From: an uncultured Rickettsiales bacterium
GTDB lineage: Bacteria > Pseudomonadota > Alphaproteobacteria > Rickettsiales > UBA1997
Direction of reading: 5' to 3'
Length of the DNA: 64,000 nt
Assembly (NCBI GenBank): GCA_944391075.1
Contig: CALXSG010000001.1
Location: 6,381-70,380 of the forward strand
Shown here piece after piece: positions 18,215 through 28,100 of the stretch. The position numbers and the translations under genes are program-made. The notes beneath the pieces are model-generated. The model saw only the letters and a program-made list of their open reading frames with translations, did no database searches and was not told the DNA's origin. The number at the start of each line of letters is the position of its first letter. Position 1 is the first letter of the stretch.

Positions 18215-19255
18215 ATGAAAAAATTAATATTCTTATTTGTTGTATTTTTAATGACTACTGCGCTTAAACCCGTGCCTTATGAGTATTTTAGCAAAGAAAT
18301 TGATCATGAAGTATATACTTTTGCAATTCCTAAGGGGTTTTGTGAATATAAAAGTCCAACAGAAGAAATTTTTGAATTTGTAAAATGCTATGAAATAGAA
18401 TTAAAAAATGCTGGCGAAATTAGTTTCTTTAGCGAAATGATTTTAATCGGTTATGAAAAAGATGATGCAAAAGTTCAAAATATTACTGATGATTATTTGG
18501 CAAAAATTCAAAAAGAGACATATAATAATAAAACACAAGAAGAAAAAGATTCATATTTAATGCATAGGAGTTATAAAAATCATAATAAACAAAAATCTTT
18601 TATTAAAAATAATAAGTATATATTTTATAGAACAGGACTTGATGAGGATGGCAATAAATATATTTCATATGAGAGTAATTTATTTTTAAATAAAAGATAT
18701 TTTATGATTAATTGGACTCAATTTTTAACAAAACGAGAAAAATTAATGAAAGAAAAGAAATTTATTGAATTTTTAAATAAAAATTATGAACTTAATGATA
18801 ATAACAAAGATATTATTATAAATCACAATGAACAAAATATAACTATTAGTGTACCAAATTTCGATAATTATTCTAATTTTACAAATAAATCAATAGTTAA
18901 TAATTCTGGTTTCGATGCAATTTTTGCAAATCTTTTAGACAATGATGAACAACATAGTATGAAAATTTTTAGAGTTTCTATTATTAATGAAAAAACAGAT
19001 ATAAATAAAACTTTTAAAGAAGTTGTAGAATATGATGGTAATATTGATTCCGAAATGTTGAATTATAAAGAAGATTATTTCATAAAGAATGTTAATGAAG
19101 AGCATAATATTGTTTATATGGCTTGTTTAAATATTAATGATCATCTATCGATTTTGATTACTATGGAAGCCTTGGATGTTGACGAAACCGAAATATTAAA
19201 TGATTTGTATAAATACAAAAAACAATTATTAAAAGATAATAGAAATATCATGTAA
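18215..19255 (+). CDS. Hypothetical exported protein
   Basis: 346-aa ORF starting 1 nt after the era stop. Signal-like MKKLIFLFVVFLMTTAL. No recognisable motifs. Confidence 0.6.
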   Translation: MKKLIFLFVVFLMTTALKPVPYEYFSKEIDHEVYTFAIPKGFCEYKSPTEEIFEFVKCYEIELKNAGEISFFSEMILIGYEKDDAKVQNITDDYLAKIQKETYNNKTQEEKDSYLMHRSYKNHNKQKSFIKNNKYIFYRTGLDEDGNKYISYESNLFLNKRYFMINWTQFLTKREKLMKEKKFIEFLNKNYELNDNNKDIIINHNEQNITISVPNFDNYSNFTNKSIVNNSGFDAIFANLLDNDEQHSMKIFRVSIINEKTDINKTFKEVVEYDGNIDSEMLNYKEDYFIKNVNEEHNIVYMACLNINDHLSILITMEALDVDETEILNDLYKYKKQLLKDNRNIM

Positions 19256-19260
19256 GCGGT

Positions 19261-19944
19261 ATGGAAGGTAATTTTAATAATCTTTTTAATTATAAAATAT
19301 TATACTCAAAAAATAGAAGAAAAACAATTGGTTTTAAAATTATTAATGATACATTTGTTTTAACATCTCCTAAAAATATTTCACAAAATTTTTTATTATC
19401 TTTTATAGAAAAGAAAAAATTTTGGGTTATTGAAAGAATTAAAAAAAATAAAAATAAAAAATCCTTAATAAATAAAGATAGTATTTTATATTTAGGAAAA
19501 GATATTCCAATGAATATTGTAGAAAGTCCATTATTGGTTAATGGTGGTTATTGTGAAATTGTCAATGATAAATTTTGCGTAACCATATCAAAAGGTTATA
19601 CTGACGATACATTAAATAAAATAATAAAAGATTGGTATAAAGAACAATGTTTTAATTTATTAAAAGAAAGAGTTGCATTATATGCAAAAAAATATAATCT
19701 AAATTATTCAAAAATTACAATTAAAGAACAAAAAACTGTATGGGGTACATGTAATCAAAATAATGATTTAACATTTAATTTAAAAATTATGATGTTTCAA
19801 AAAGACATTATTGACTATTTAGTTGTGCACGAATTATCACATACAGTTTATAAAAATCACTCCAATAAATATTGGAAATTTGTTGAATCAATATTACCTA
19901 ATTATAAAGAATTAGACTATAAACTAAAAAATTATAAGTATTGA
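19261..19944 (+). CDS. YgjP-like M48/DUF45 (SprT/WLM-like) metal-dependent hydrolase
   Basis: WGTCNQNNDLTFNLKIMMFQKDIIDYLVVHELSHTVYKNHSNKYW contains the HExxH plus WGxC block typical of DUF45. Confidence 0.8.
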   Translation: MEGNFNNLFNYKILYSKNRRKTIGFKIINDTFVLTSPKNISQNFLLSFIEKKKFWVIERIKKNKNKKSLINKDSILYLGKDIPMNIVESPLLVNGGYCEIVNDKFCVTISKGYTDDTLNKIIKDWYKEQCFNLLKERVALYAKKYNLNYSKITIKEQKTVWGTCNQNNDLTFNLKIMMFQKDIIDYLVVHELSHTVYKNHSNKYWKFVESILPNYKELDYKLKNYKY

Positions 19945-19993
19945 TTGTTTTATAAAAATTAAGTTTTATATTGTTTAAAAAATTATTTGATAT

Positions 19994-20710
19994 ATGATGA
20001 CCAATAGAATAACAAAATTTAATTTAAATACACATGATATCTGGAAAATGTTAGCACTATTGCTAATGTTTATAGATCATACTGGTTTGTATGTATTTAA
20101 TAATGATCCAAATTTTAGATTGATAGGCCGTCTTTCATTTCCAATATTTGCTGTAATTTATGGTTATCATTTCAAAGGTAAGATAAATACAAAGCTATTA
20201 TTATATGGTTTGCCAATAGTTATTGTAAATTATTATTTCAAAAATGAAATTTATTTTAATATTTTATATTCTTTTGTTGTAGGAGGTTTTATTCTAAAAT
20301 TTTACAATTCCAATTTAGATAAAAAGTATGATAAAATCTTCTTTTTATTAATAATGATGATGTTTAGTATAATTATCAATCCAATTTTAGAATATGGACT
20401 TTTTGCTTTCTTCTTTATGCTATCTGCTAATACAAAAAATATCAAAGAAAAAGCTACATACTTTTCTATTACATTTTTCTTATATTATCTATTTCAAGTG
20501 GATTCATTTGTTGAAAATATTTTTTACGTAATATTTTTATTTGCAACATTATTTATTGAAGCATGGTTATTATTTAAATATAGTATTAAAGATATTAATG
20601 TTGGTAATAAATATTTAGAATTATTTATTAAAATTTTTGCTAGATATAGTCTTGAAATATATGTAATACAGGCTGTTTTATTTAGAATTTACTTTTTTTG
20701 TTTAAAATAA
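19994..20710 (+). CDS. TraX-family integral membrane protein
   Basis: DIWKMLALLLMFIDHTG matches the TraX-family N-terminal motif (K..A...M..DH). The protein is polytopic and hydrophobic, 238 aa. Confidence 0.65.
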   Translation: MMTNRITKFNLNTHDIWKMLALLLMFIDHTGLYVFNNDPNFRLIGRLSFPIFAVIYGYHFKGKINTKLLLYGLPIVIVNYYFKNEIYFNILYSFVVGGFILKFYNSNLDKKYDKIFFLLIMMMFSIIINPILEYGLFAFFFMLSANTKNIKEKATYFSITFFLYYLFQVDSFVENIFYVIFLFATLFIEAWLLFKYSIKDINVGNKYLELFIKIFARYSLEIYVIQAVLFRIYFFCLK

Positions 20711-20769
20711 TTTTTATCTTGCATTTAATGTAAATATAATTATTTTTTTAAAAAAATAATAAAAAAGTT

Positions 20770-22110
20770 ATGATAAAAGTATCTTTGATTGCAAAAACGG
20801 ACGAAATACCGTTAAATCTTGTAAGCCATGCTGCAAAAACATGTTATACTTCAAAAGTTCCTGAAATGGGAAAATTAATAGATGTTGAAAATAATTTATT
20901 TAAAACAGGACATCATACGACATTTCAACATAATTATTTTACATTTAACATAGATGGTTTGTCTATTTCATCAGCAACATTTGGTTTACATCTTACTCAT
21001 GCTTTTTATAATACAGATCAAAGATCAGGTAGATTTTCTAAAATGTATTCCAACCCTGATTATGAAGAAATTAAAAACTATATTATAAAATATTGGGGTG
21101 ATAAAAATATTGATGATGTTTTAAATTTTATTCAAAAAGGCATAACAATATATCAAGAAAATATTGAAAAAGCTACTGAAATAGCAGGAAATTTTATAAA
21201 AGAAGAAAGGCCATTTGCCAATGAAGAATATATTGCATTAAATGCACCTAAAATAGCACAAGAACAGATGAGAATGTTTATATCAACAATTTCTCCAACA
21301 GGACTTGATTATACATTAAATTTATCAGCAATTGCTGCAATGTATAGGTCTGCTTGGAATCCAGAGCTTAGAGATATAATGAATCAAATAAAAGAATTAG
21401 TTTTAGCTACTTATCCTGATTTAACTTATGTTTTTGGTGAAGATAAAGAAAGAGAAGATAATTGGACACCACAAATGCATTTTGACAAAATAGGTGTTAA
21501 AACACAACCTACTTGTGAAGTATTAGATATAGATTTAGATGAAAATATCAATTTAAATCTTAATATGAAAGATAGTGTTGATTTAAGATATTTTACGCCG
21601 GAAAATATGAATAATAATATTTCAACCATAAAAACAAGAGTTGAATTATCAATTGCTACAATGGGACAAGATCAAAGACATAGAGCTATAAAGAGAAGTA
21701 CGCCAGAACTAACAGGAAATTTTTATTTACCCCCTATTTTAGCTGAAATGGGTTTACAAGATGTTGCATTAGCATTCATGCAAGATTATACTAACCTTGC
21801 TAATAAAATTGATAAAACATTATTATTAGCAATAGCACCTTATGGAGTTATGGTAACATACAAAAAACTTAGTGATTTAAATGGTTTAATGCATGAACAA
21901 GAAAAAAGATTATGTTGGTCCGCACAAGAGGAAATTTATCATGCAAGTAAAGCATTATATGATTACTTAATTCAACATAATTATAAAGATTTAGCTGATA
22001 AGTTAACTCCTGCGTGTTATAAAAAAGGTTGTATTGAAGGAAGAAGATATTGCGGAAGAGATATTAAAAAAGTTAAAACAGACAAGAGTATACCTGAAAG
22101 AAAAATATAG
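20770..22110 (+). CDS. Divergent, unusually long ThyX-like (flavin-dependent thymidylate synthase family) protein
   Basis: FKTGHHTTFQHNYFTFNIDGLSIS resembles the ThyX H.S..EH..ftF.i.g.SR block. MGQDQRHRAIKRS contains RHR but without the canonical RHRx7S spacing. At 446 aa it is longer than typical ThyX. Confidence 0.45.
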   Translation: MIKVSLIAKTDEIPLNLVSHAAKTCYTSKVPEMGKLIDVENNLFKTGHHTTFQHNYFTFNIDGLSISSATFGLHLTHAFYNTDQRSGRFSKMYSNPDYEEIKNYIIKYWGDKNIDDVLNFIQKGITIYQENIEKATEIAGNFIKEERPFANEEYIALNAPKIAQEQMRMFISTISPTGLDYTLNLSAIAAMYRSAWNPELRDIMNQIKELVLATYPDLTYVFGEDKEREDNWTPQMHFDKIGVKTQPTCEVLDIDLDENINLNLNMKDSVDLRYFTPENMNNNISTIKTRVELSIATMGQDQRHRAIKRSTPELTGNFYLPPILAEMGLQDVALAFMQDYTNLANKIDKTLLLAIAPYGVMVTYKKLSDLNGLMHEQEKRLCWSAQEEIYHASKALYDYLIQHNYKDLADKLTPACYKKGCIEGRRYCGRDIKKVKTDKSIPERKI

Positions 22111-22134
22111 CAAATAAACATTTGCTATATTTTA
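22107..22134. terminator. Bidirectional stem-loop terminator between the thyX-like gene and rpoH
   Basis: atagcaaat-aaac-atttgctat (9-bp stem) followed by attttac. It overlaps the TAG stop of the plus-strand gene, and the neighbouring genes are convergent. Confidence 0.5.
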
Positions 22135-22166
22135 CTTATCTTATTAACTATATTTTATAGTATAAA

Positions 22167-23027
22167 TTATTTATTTTCTAAGGCATATCTTTTCATTTTC
22201 TCTATGGCCTTAGCTTCAATTTGCCTAGCTCTTTCACCTGAAATATTATATTTTTTACTAATTTCAGCTAAGGTTAATGGTTTATCTGTTAATCTTCTAA
22301 GTTTTATAATTTCTTTTTCTCTTTCATTTAATATATTTAAAGAATTCTCTAATATTTTGCTTTTCTTTTTATTTTCCCTTCTTTTATCAACTACCGAATC
22401 TTGTAAAGCTTGATTTGCTGGTATTAAATCAATAATTTCAGCATCATCATCTGTATTAGCTTTTGCATTTAAATAAAGATCGCCTTTTGTGGTTCTGCAA
22501 TCCATCTCTACAACATCTTGTTTTGATACATTTAATAAATCAGAAATAGCTGCAATATCTTGATCGGTTAAATGTTTATTACTTTGTGATTTTAAAAGTT
22601 CGTTCTTAATTTTTTTAAGATTAAAAAATAATTTCTTTTGAATAGCATTTGTTCCAATTTTTACAATTGACCAAGTCTTTAAAATATATTCTTGTATGAA
22701 TGCTTTAATCCACCACATAGAATATGTAGCTAATTTATAACCTTTTGTATAATCAAATGTTTTTACAGCTCTCATTAAACCAATATTTCCTTCGGAAATT
22801 AAGTCCATCATAGGAAGGCCATAATTTTTATATTGGCTAGCTATCTTTACAACCAATCTAAGGTGACTTGAAATAAGCATTTTAGCTGCATTAATGTTTC
22901 CGGCGTCTTTTTCTTTTGCATAGTATATTTCTTCTTCCTCTGTTAATACAGGAATTTTGTTTACTTCACTAATATATTGAAATAAGTTATTTCCAATACT
23001 AATAGGACTAATGTTTTGAGTATTCAT
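22167..23027 (-). CDS. rpoH: RNA polymerase sigma-32 factor RpoH
   Basis: Region 2 block LISEGNIGLMRAVKTFD, RpoH-box-like AIQKKLFFNLKKIK, and region 4 HTH LAEISKKYNISGERARQIE. Confidence 0.9.
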   Translation of the reverse strand: MNTQNISPISIGNNLFQYISEVNKIPVLTEEEEIYYAKEKDAGNINAAKMLISSHLRLVVKIASQYKNYGLPMMDLISEGNIGLMRAVKTFDYTKGYKLATYSMWWIKAFIQEYILKTWSIVKIGTNAIQKKLFFNLKKIKNELLKSQSNKHLTDQDIAAISDLLNVSKQDVVEMDCRTTKGDLYLNAKANTDDDAEIIDLIPANQALQDSVVDKRRENKKKSKILENSLNILNEREKEIIKLRRLTDKPLTLAEISKKYNISGERARQIEAKAIEKMKRYALENK

Positions 23028-23166
23028 ATATACTAATGGTTGTTAATAATAATAAAAACACCAATAAAAATTATATAAAAAAAATATTAAATAGTCAAGT
23101 ATTTTTTCTTGAAAATATTATTTATGTGTTTTAATATGTGTCTAGAATTAACAGGGAGACGTCCTA

Positions 23167-24471
23167 ATGATGAAAAAAATAGTTGTAAAGGGAAAGGCTA
23201 AGTTAGTCGGCAATATTAAGGTGTCCGGTGCTAAAAATGCAGCCTTACCTATAATAATTTCTAGTCTATTGTGTAAAGATACACTTAAACTTAGAAATAT
23301 TCCAAATCTTGTAGATATTACTACATTAATTCATTTGTTAAATCATCTTGGTGTAAAAGTCGCATTAGATGGCGATCAATCTAATAAAGATGAAGGAAAA
23401 GTTCTTGAATTTAATGCTAGTAAACTAAGTAGTTATGTTGCTCCTTATGAAATTGTATCTAAAATGAGAGCATCATTTATAGTTTTAGGACCTTTATTGG
23501 CACGTTTTGGAAAAGCTGAAGTTTCTTTACCTGGTGGTTGTGCTATTGGTTCTAGACCTGTTGACATACATTTGACAGCATTTGAACAAATGGGTGTTGA
23601 TATTAAAATTGAAAATGGTTATGTCAAAGCAACTACAAAAGATGGAAAGTTGCATGGTGCCGAAATCACTTTAAGAAAGGCATCGGTTGGAGCTACTCAA
23701 AACATTATGATGGGTGCTTGTTTAGCAGAAGGAACCACAATAATCCATAATGCAGCAAAAGAGCCTGAAAATGTTGATTTAGCTAAATGTTTAACTGCTA
23801 TGGGTGCTAAAATTAAAGGTGCAGGAACTGATACAATTGAAATCGAAGGTGTTGAAGAATTACATTCAGCAGATTTTAAAATTATGGGAGACAGAATTGA
23901 AGCAGCATCTTATATGATTGGTGCTATTATGACAGATGGTGATTTAACAATTACTGGTTTAGATTTTTATAATACTGTTGAAAATCTAATTGAAAAATTA
24001 GAGACAATAGGTGCTGATATTCAAAAAATAGATGATAAAACTATTAGAATAAAAAGAGGCAAAGAAAAACTAAAACCAATAGATGTTATTACCGATGTAT
24101 ATCCTGGTTTCTCTACTGATATGCAAGCACAAATAATGACTTTATTGGCTATGATTGATGGTGAATCAACTGTTGATGAAACTGTTTTTGAAAATAGATT
24201 TATGCATGTTCCTGAATTAAACAGAATGAATGCAAATATTACTATTTCCGGAAATAAAGCTATAATTAATGGTAAAGAAAATACATTTAAATGTGCACAA
24301 GTAATGGCTAGTGATTTAAGAGCTTCTGTATCATTAGTTTTAGCTGGTTTATGTGCTGATGGAGAAACAGAAGTTAGTAGAATTTATCATTTAGAAAGAG
24401 GTTATGAATTTTTAGCTGATAAATTAAATAATTGTGGTGCAAATATCAAAACCGTTTATGATTCAAAATAA
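23167..24471 (+). CDS. murA: UDP-N-acetylglucosamine 1-carboxyvinyltransferase
   Basis: VSGAKNAALPII, the active-site loop LPGGCAIGSRPVDIHL, and 434 aa in length. Confidence 0.95.
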   Translation: MMKKIVVKGKAKLVGNIKVSGAKNAALPIIISSLLCKDTLKLRNIPNLVDITTLIHLLNHLGVKVALDGDQSNKDEGKVLEFNASKLSSYVAPYEIVSKMRASFIVLGPLLARFGKAEVSLPGGCAIGSRPVDIHLTAFEQMGVDIKIENGYVKATTKDGKLHGAEITLRKASVGATQNIMMGACLAEGTTIIHNAAKEPENVDLAKCLTAMGAKIKGAGTDTIEIEGVEELHSADFKIMGDRIEAASYMIGAIMTDGDLTITGLDFYNTVENLIEKLETIGADIQKIDDKTIRIKRGKEKLKPIDVITDVYPGFSTDMQAQIMTLLAMIDGESTVDETVFENRFMHVPELNRMNANITISGNKAIINGKENTFKCAQVMASDLRASVSLVLAGLCADGETEVSRIYHLERGYEFLADKLNNCGANIKTVYDSK

Positions 24472-25057
24472 TAATAAAAATATATTATTAATTACGGAAG
24501 ATAATACAATCATTGAATATATAAAAGAAATATTTGATGATTGTATTATTGATATCTATAATAAGAATTATGACAAAAAATTAAAATATAACGTTGTTAT
24601 TGTTGATAATCTTAAAGAATACAAAAAAATAGAAAATACAATTATATCACAATCAATTATTAATATTTCTAATGAAAAAATTGATAATGATGATGTTATT
24701 AATATAAAGCAACCTTTTTATTTAAAAGATTTATTAAATAGTATTAAAAAAGCTTTATCTAATGATAAAATTTTAAAATTTAAAGACTTTAAAATTATTG
24801 ATGGTATCATATATTATAATGATAATGAAGAAATACTTGGTAATAAAGAATTTGAAGTAATAAAATATTTATATAATAATAATTCATCAAATAAAGAAGA
24901 TATTTTAAATTTTATATGGGGTTATTGTGAGGAATTAGAAACAAAAGTTTTTGAGAATACTATAAATAAAATTAGACAAAAGTTTAAAAGTGTTAGTATT
25001 GAAGACTTTATTATTGTAAATGATAAAGAATATTCTATTAACCCTATATATCTATAA
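24434..25057 (+). CDS. Compact OmpR/PhoB-type response regulator-like protein (degenerate receiver plus winged-helix domain)
   Basis: Receiver-like LLITED ... VVIVDN ... IKQPFYLKDLL. C-terminal Trans_reg_C-like LGNKEFEVIKYLYNN..SNKEDILNFIWGY....TKVFENTINKIRQKF. The likely start is the internal Met at about 24458. Confidence 0.6.
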   Translation: MVQISKPFMIQNNNKNILLITEDNTIIEYIKEIFDDCIIDIYNKNYDKKLKYNVVIVDNLKEYKKIENTIISQSIINISNEKIDNDDVINIKQPFYLKDLLNSIKKALSNDKILKFKDFKIIDGIIYYNDNEEILGNKEFEVIKYLYNNNSSNKEDILNFIWGYCEELETKVFENTINKIRQKFKSVSIEDFIIVNDKEYSINPIYL

Positions 25058-25197
25058 AAATAATTATTATATTTTTTGTAAATATATGAAAATGATACTC
25101 AAAATCATATAATTTAATTATCATTTTTAGAAAAAAACTTGATTATTTATTATTAAAATTTACAATGATATTGTTTTAATAATAAATTATAAGAAAA

Positions 25198-28100
25198 ATG
25201 CCAAACTTTAAGAAAAAGCCTATTGACGGAAATGAAGCAGTGGCAAGAATTGCTTATAAGATGAGTGATATGTTCGCAATATATCCTATCACACCTTCAT
25301 CACCAATGGGCGAATTAGCAGATCAATTTTCTGCAAGTGGAGAATTAAATATTTTTGGGTTAAAACCTAGCGTTACTGAAATGCAAAGTGAAGCTGGTGC
25401 CGCAGGTGCTTTACATGGTGCTTTACAAACAGGTAGCTTAGCTTCTACATTTACATGTTCACAAGGACTTTTATTAATGATTCCTAACATGTATAAAATT
25501 GCCGGTGAAATGACACCTTGTGTTATTCACGTTGCTGCTAGAGCATTAGCTGCACAAGGCTTATCAATTTTTGGTGATCATCAAGATGTTATGGCTGTTA
25601 GACAAACTGGCTTTGCTATGTTATCTAGTGGTTCAGTTCAAGAAGCTCATGATAGTGCTTTAATTTCTCATTTATCAACTCTTGATTCAAAAGTTCCATT
25701 TATTAATTTTTTTGATGGTTTTAGAACATCACACGAAATCAATAAAATTGAATTAATTGATGACGAAACCATTAAATCAATGCTCAATGAAGATGCAATT
25801 TTAGAATGCAGAAATAGAGCTTTAAAACCTGATGACCCAGTTATGAGAGGTACAGCTCAAAACCCTGATGTATATTTCCAAGGTAGAGAATCAACAAATA
25901 AATATTATAATAATGTACCTTCAATAGTTCAAGCTAAATTTGATGAATTTGCAAAATTAACAGGAAGACAATATCATTTATTTGACTACTATGGTCCAGC
26001 TGATGCTGAAAACATTATAGTTATGATGGGTTCAGGTGTTCAAGCTGTTAAAGAAACTATGGAAGTATTAAACAAAAATGGTGAAAAGGTTGGTGTATTA
26101 CAAGTTAGATTATTTAGACCTTTCTCAGCTAAACATTTAGTTAATGCTTTACCAAAAACAGTTAAGAAAATTGCTGTTCTTGATAGAACAAAAGAACCAG
26201 GAAGTGAAGGCGAACCATTATTCTTAGATGTTATTGCAGGATTAAAGGAAGAAGGAAAAGAAAATATTGAAGTAATTAAAGGTAGATATGGACTTTCTTC
26301 AAAAGAATTTACACCTGCAATGGCAAAAGCTGTTTATGATAATTTAAAATCATCAACACCTAAAAAAGAATTTACAGTTGGTATTAAAGATGATTTAACA
26401 AATTTAAGTTTAGACTATTCTAGTGATTTCAATATTTCATTACCGGATGTTAAAGAATCAATTTTCTTCGGTTTAGGTAGTGATGGTACAGTTGGTGCTA
26501 ACAAAAACACAATTAAAATCATTACAGATAGGGATGAATACTACGGACAAGCTTATTTCGTTTATGATTCTAAAAAATCAGGTTCTGTTACAGAATCACA
26601 TTTAAGATTTGGTCCTAAACCAATTAATTCAACATATTTAGTTCAAAAAGCTGACTTTATTGGTTGCCATCAATTCCCATTCTTATTCAAACTTGATATT
26701 TTAGGAAGAATTAAAGATGGTGGTACATTACTTTTAAATACCCACTATTCAAAAGATGAAGTATGGGATCAATTACCAAAAGTAGTTCAACAAATCATAA
26801 TTGATAAAAAGGTTAAATTCTACATAATAGATGCTTATAAAGTTGCTGACGAAGCTCATATGGGTACTAGAATTAACACAATTATGCAAACTTGTTATTT
26901 TAAACTTGCTAATGTTATTCCTTTTGAAGAAGCAGTTGCTGATATTAAAAATGCAATTGTTAAAACATATAGCAAAAAAGGACAAGAAATTGTTGATAAT
27001 AATATTAAAGCTGTTGATGGTTCTATTGCAAACTTATTTGAAGTTAATTATCCAAAAACTGTTTCAAGTAAAATTGAAATGGAAGAAAAAGTTGGAAAAG
27101 ATGCTCCTAAATTTATTCAAGAATTTACAGCTAAATTAATAGCAGGAAAAGGCGAAGAAATCACAACTTCACAAATGCCATTTGATGGAACTTTCCCAAC
27201 AGATACTACAAAATATGAAAAAAGAGATGTTGCTGATAAAATTTCAGTATGGGATGAAAGCAAATGTATTCAATGTGGTCAATGTGTATTTGCTTGTCCA
27301 CACTCTTGTTTAGAGTCAAAAGTATTTACAGCAGATCAATTAAAAAATGCTCCTTCTTGCTTTAAAGCAATTCCAGTTGTTGGAGATAAAACAGGGGAAC
27401 AAAAATTTAAAATTCAAATATCGCCAGAAGATTGCACTGGTTGTTCAATTTGTGTTTTAGCTTGCCCTGTTGGTGCTTTATCAATGAAACCAAAACAAGA
27501 AGTAATTAAAGAAGAAAAAGAATGTTTGGAATTCTTTAACACTCTTGAAGGAAAAGAAGTTGAAGATCCTAAGACAATTAAAGATTTACAATTTAAAGAT
27601 TCTTTATTCAAATATTCTGGTGCTTGTGCTGGTTGTGGTGAAACTCCACATTTATCACTATTGACAAAATTAGTTGGTGATAGAGCTGTTATTGCCAATG
27701 CAACAGGTTGTTCTTCTATTTATGGTGGAAACTTACCTACAACACCTTATGGAAAGAATAAAGAAGGTAGAGGTCCAGCTTGGTCTAACTCTTTATTTGA
27801 AGATGCAGCAGAATTTGGACTTGGTTTCAAATTAAGTCAAGAGACTCAATTAGTTGAAGCTAGTGATTTAATGGAAAAATTAAAAGATGTACTTGGTGCT
27901 GATTTAGTTAAAGCTATAATGGATAATTATGGAAATAACACTGATGCCGGAGTTAAAACTCAAATAGCTAACTTAAAGAAAGCAAAAGAAATTTTAGCTA
28001 AAAACAATTCATTCGAAGCTAAACATTTAGCATCTATTATTGATGTAATGCTTGAAAGAAGTGTATGGATAGTAGGTGGTGATGGTTGGGCTTATGATAT

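Noticed and set aside
23100-23140. CTTGAAA motif upstream of murA as a second sigma-32 promoter
   Set aside because: No CCCCAT/CYTATNT-like -10 element lies at the required 13-18 nt spacing, so the -35-like heptamer alone is not meaningful in this composition.
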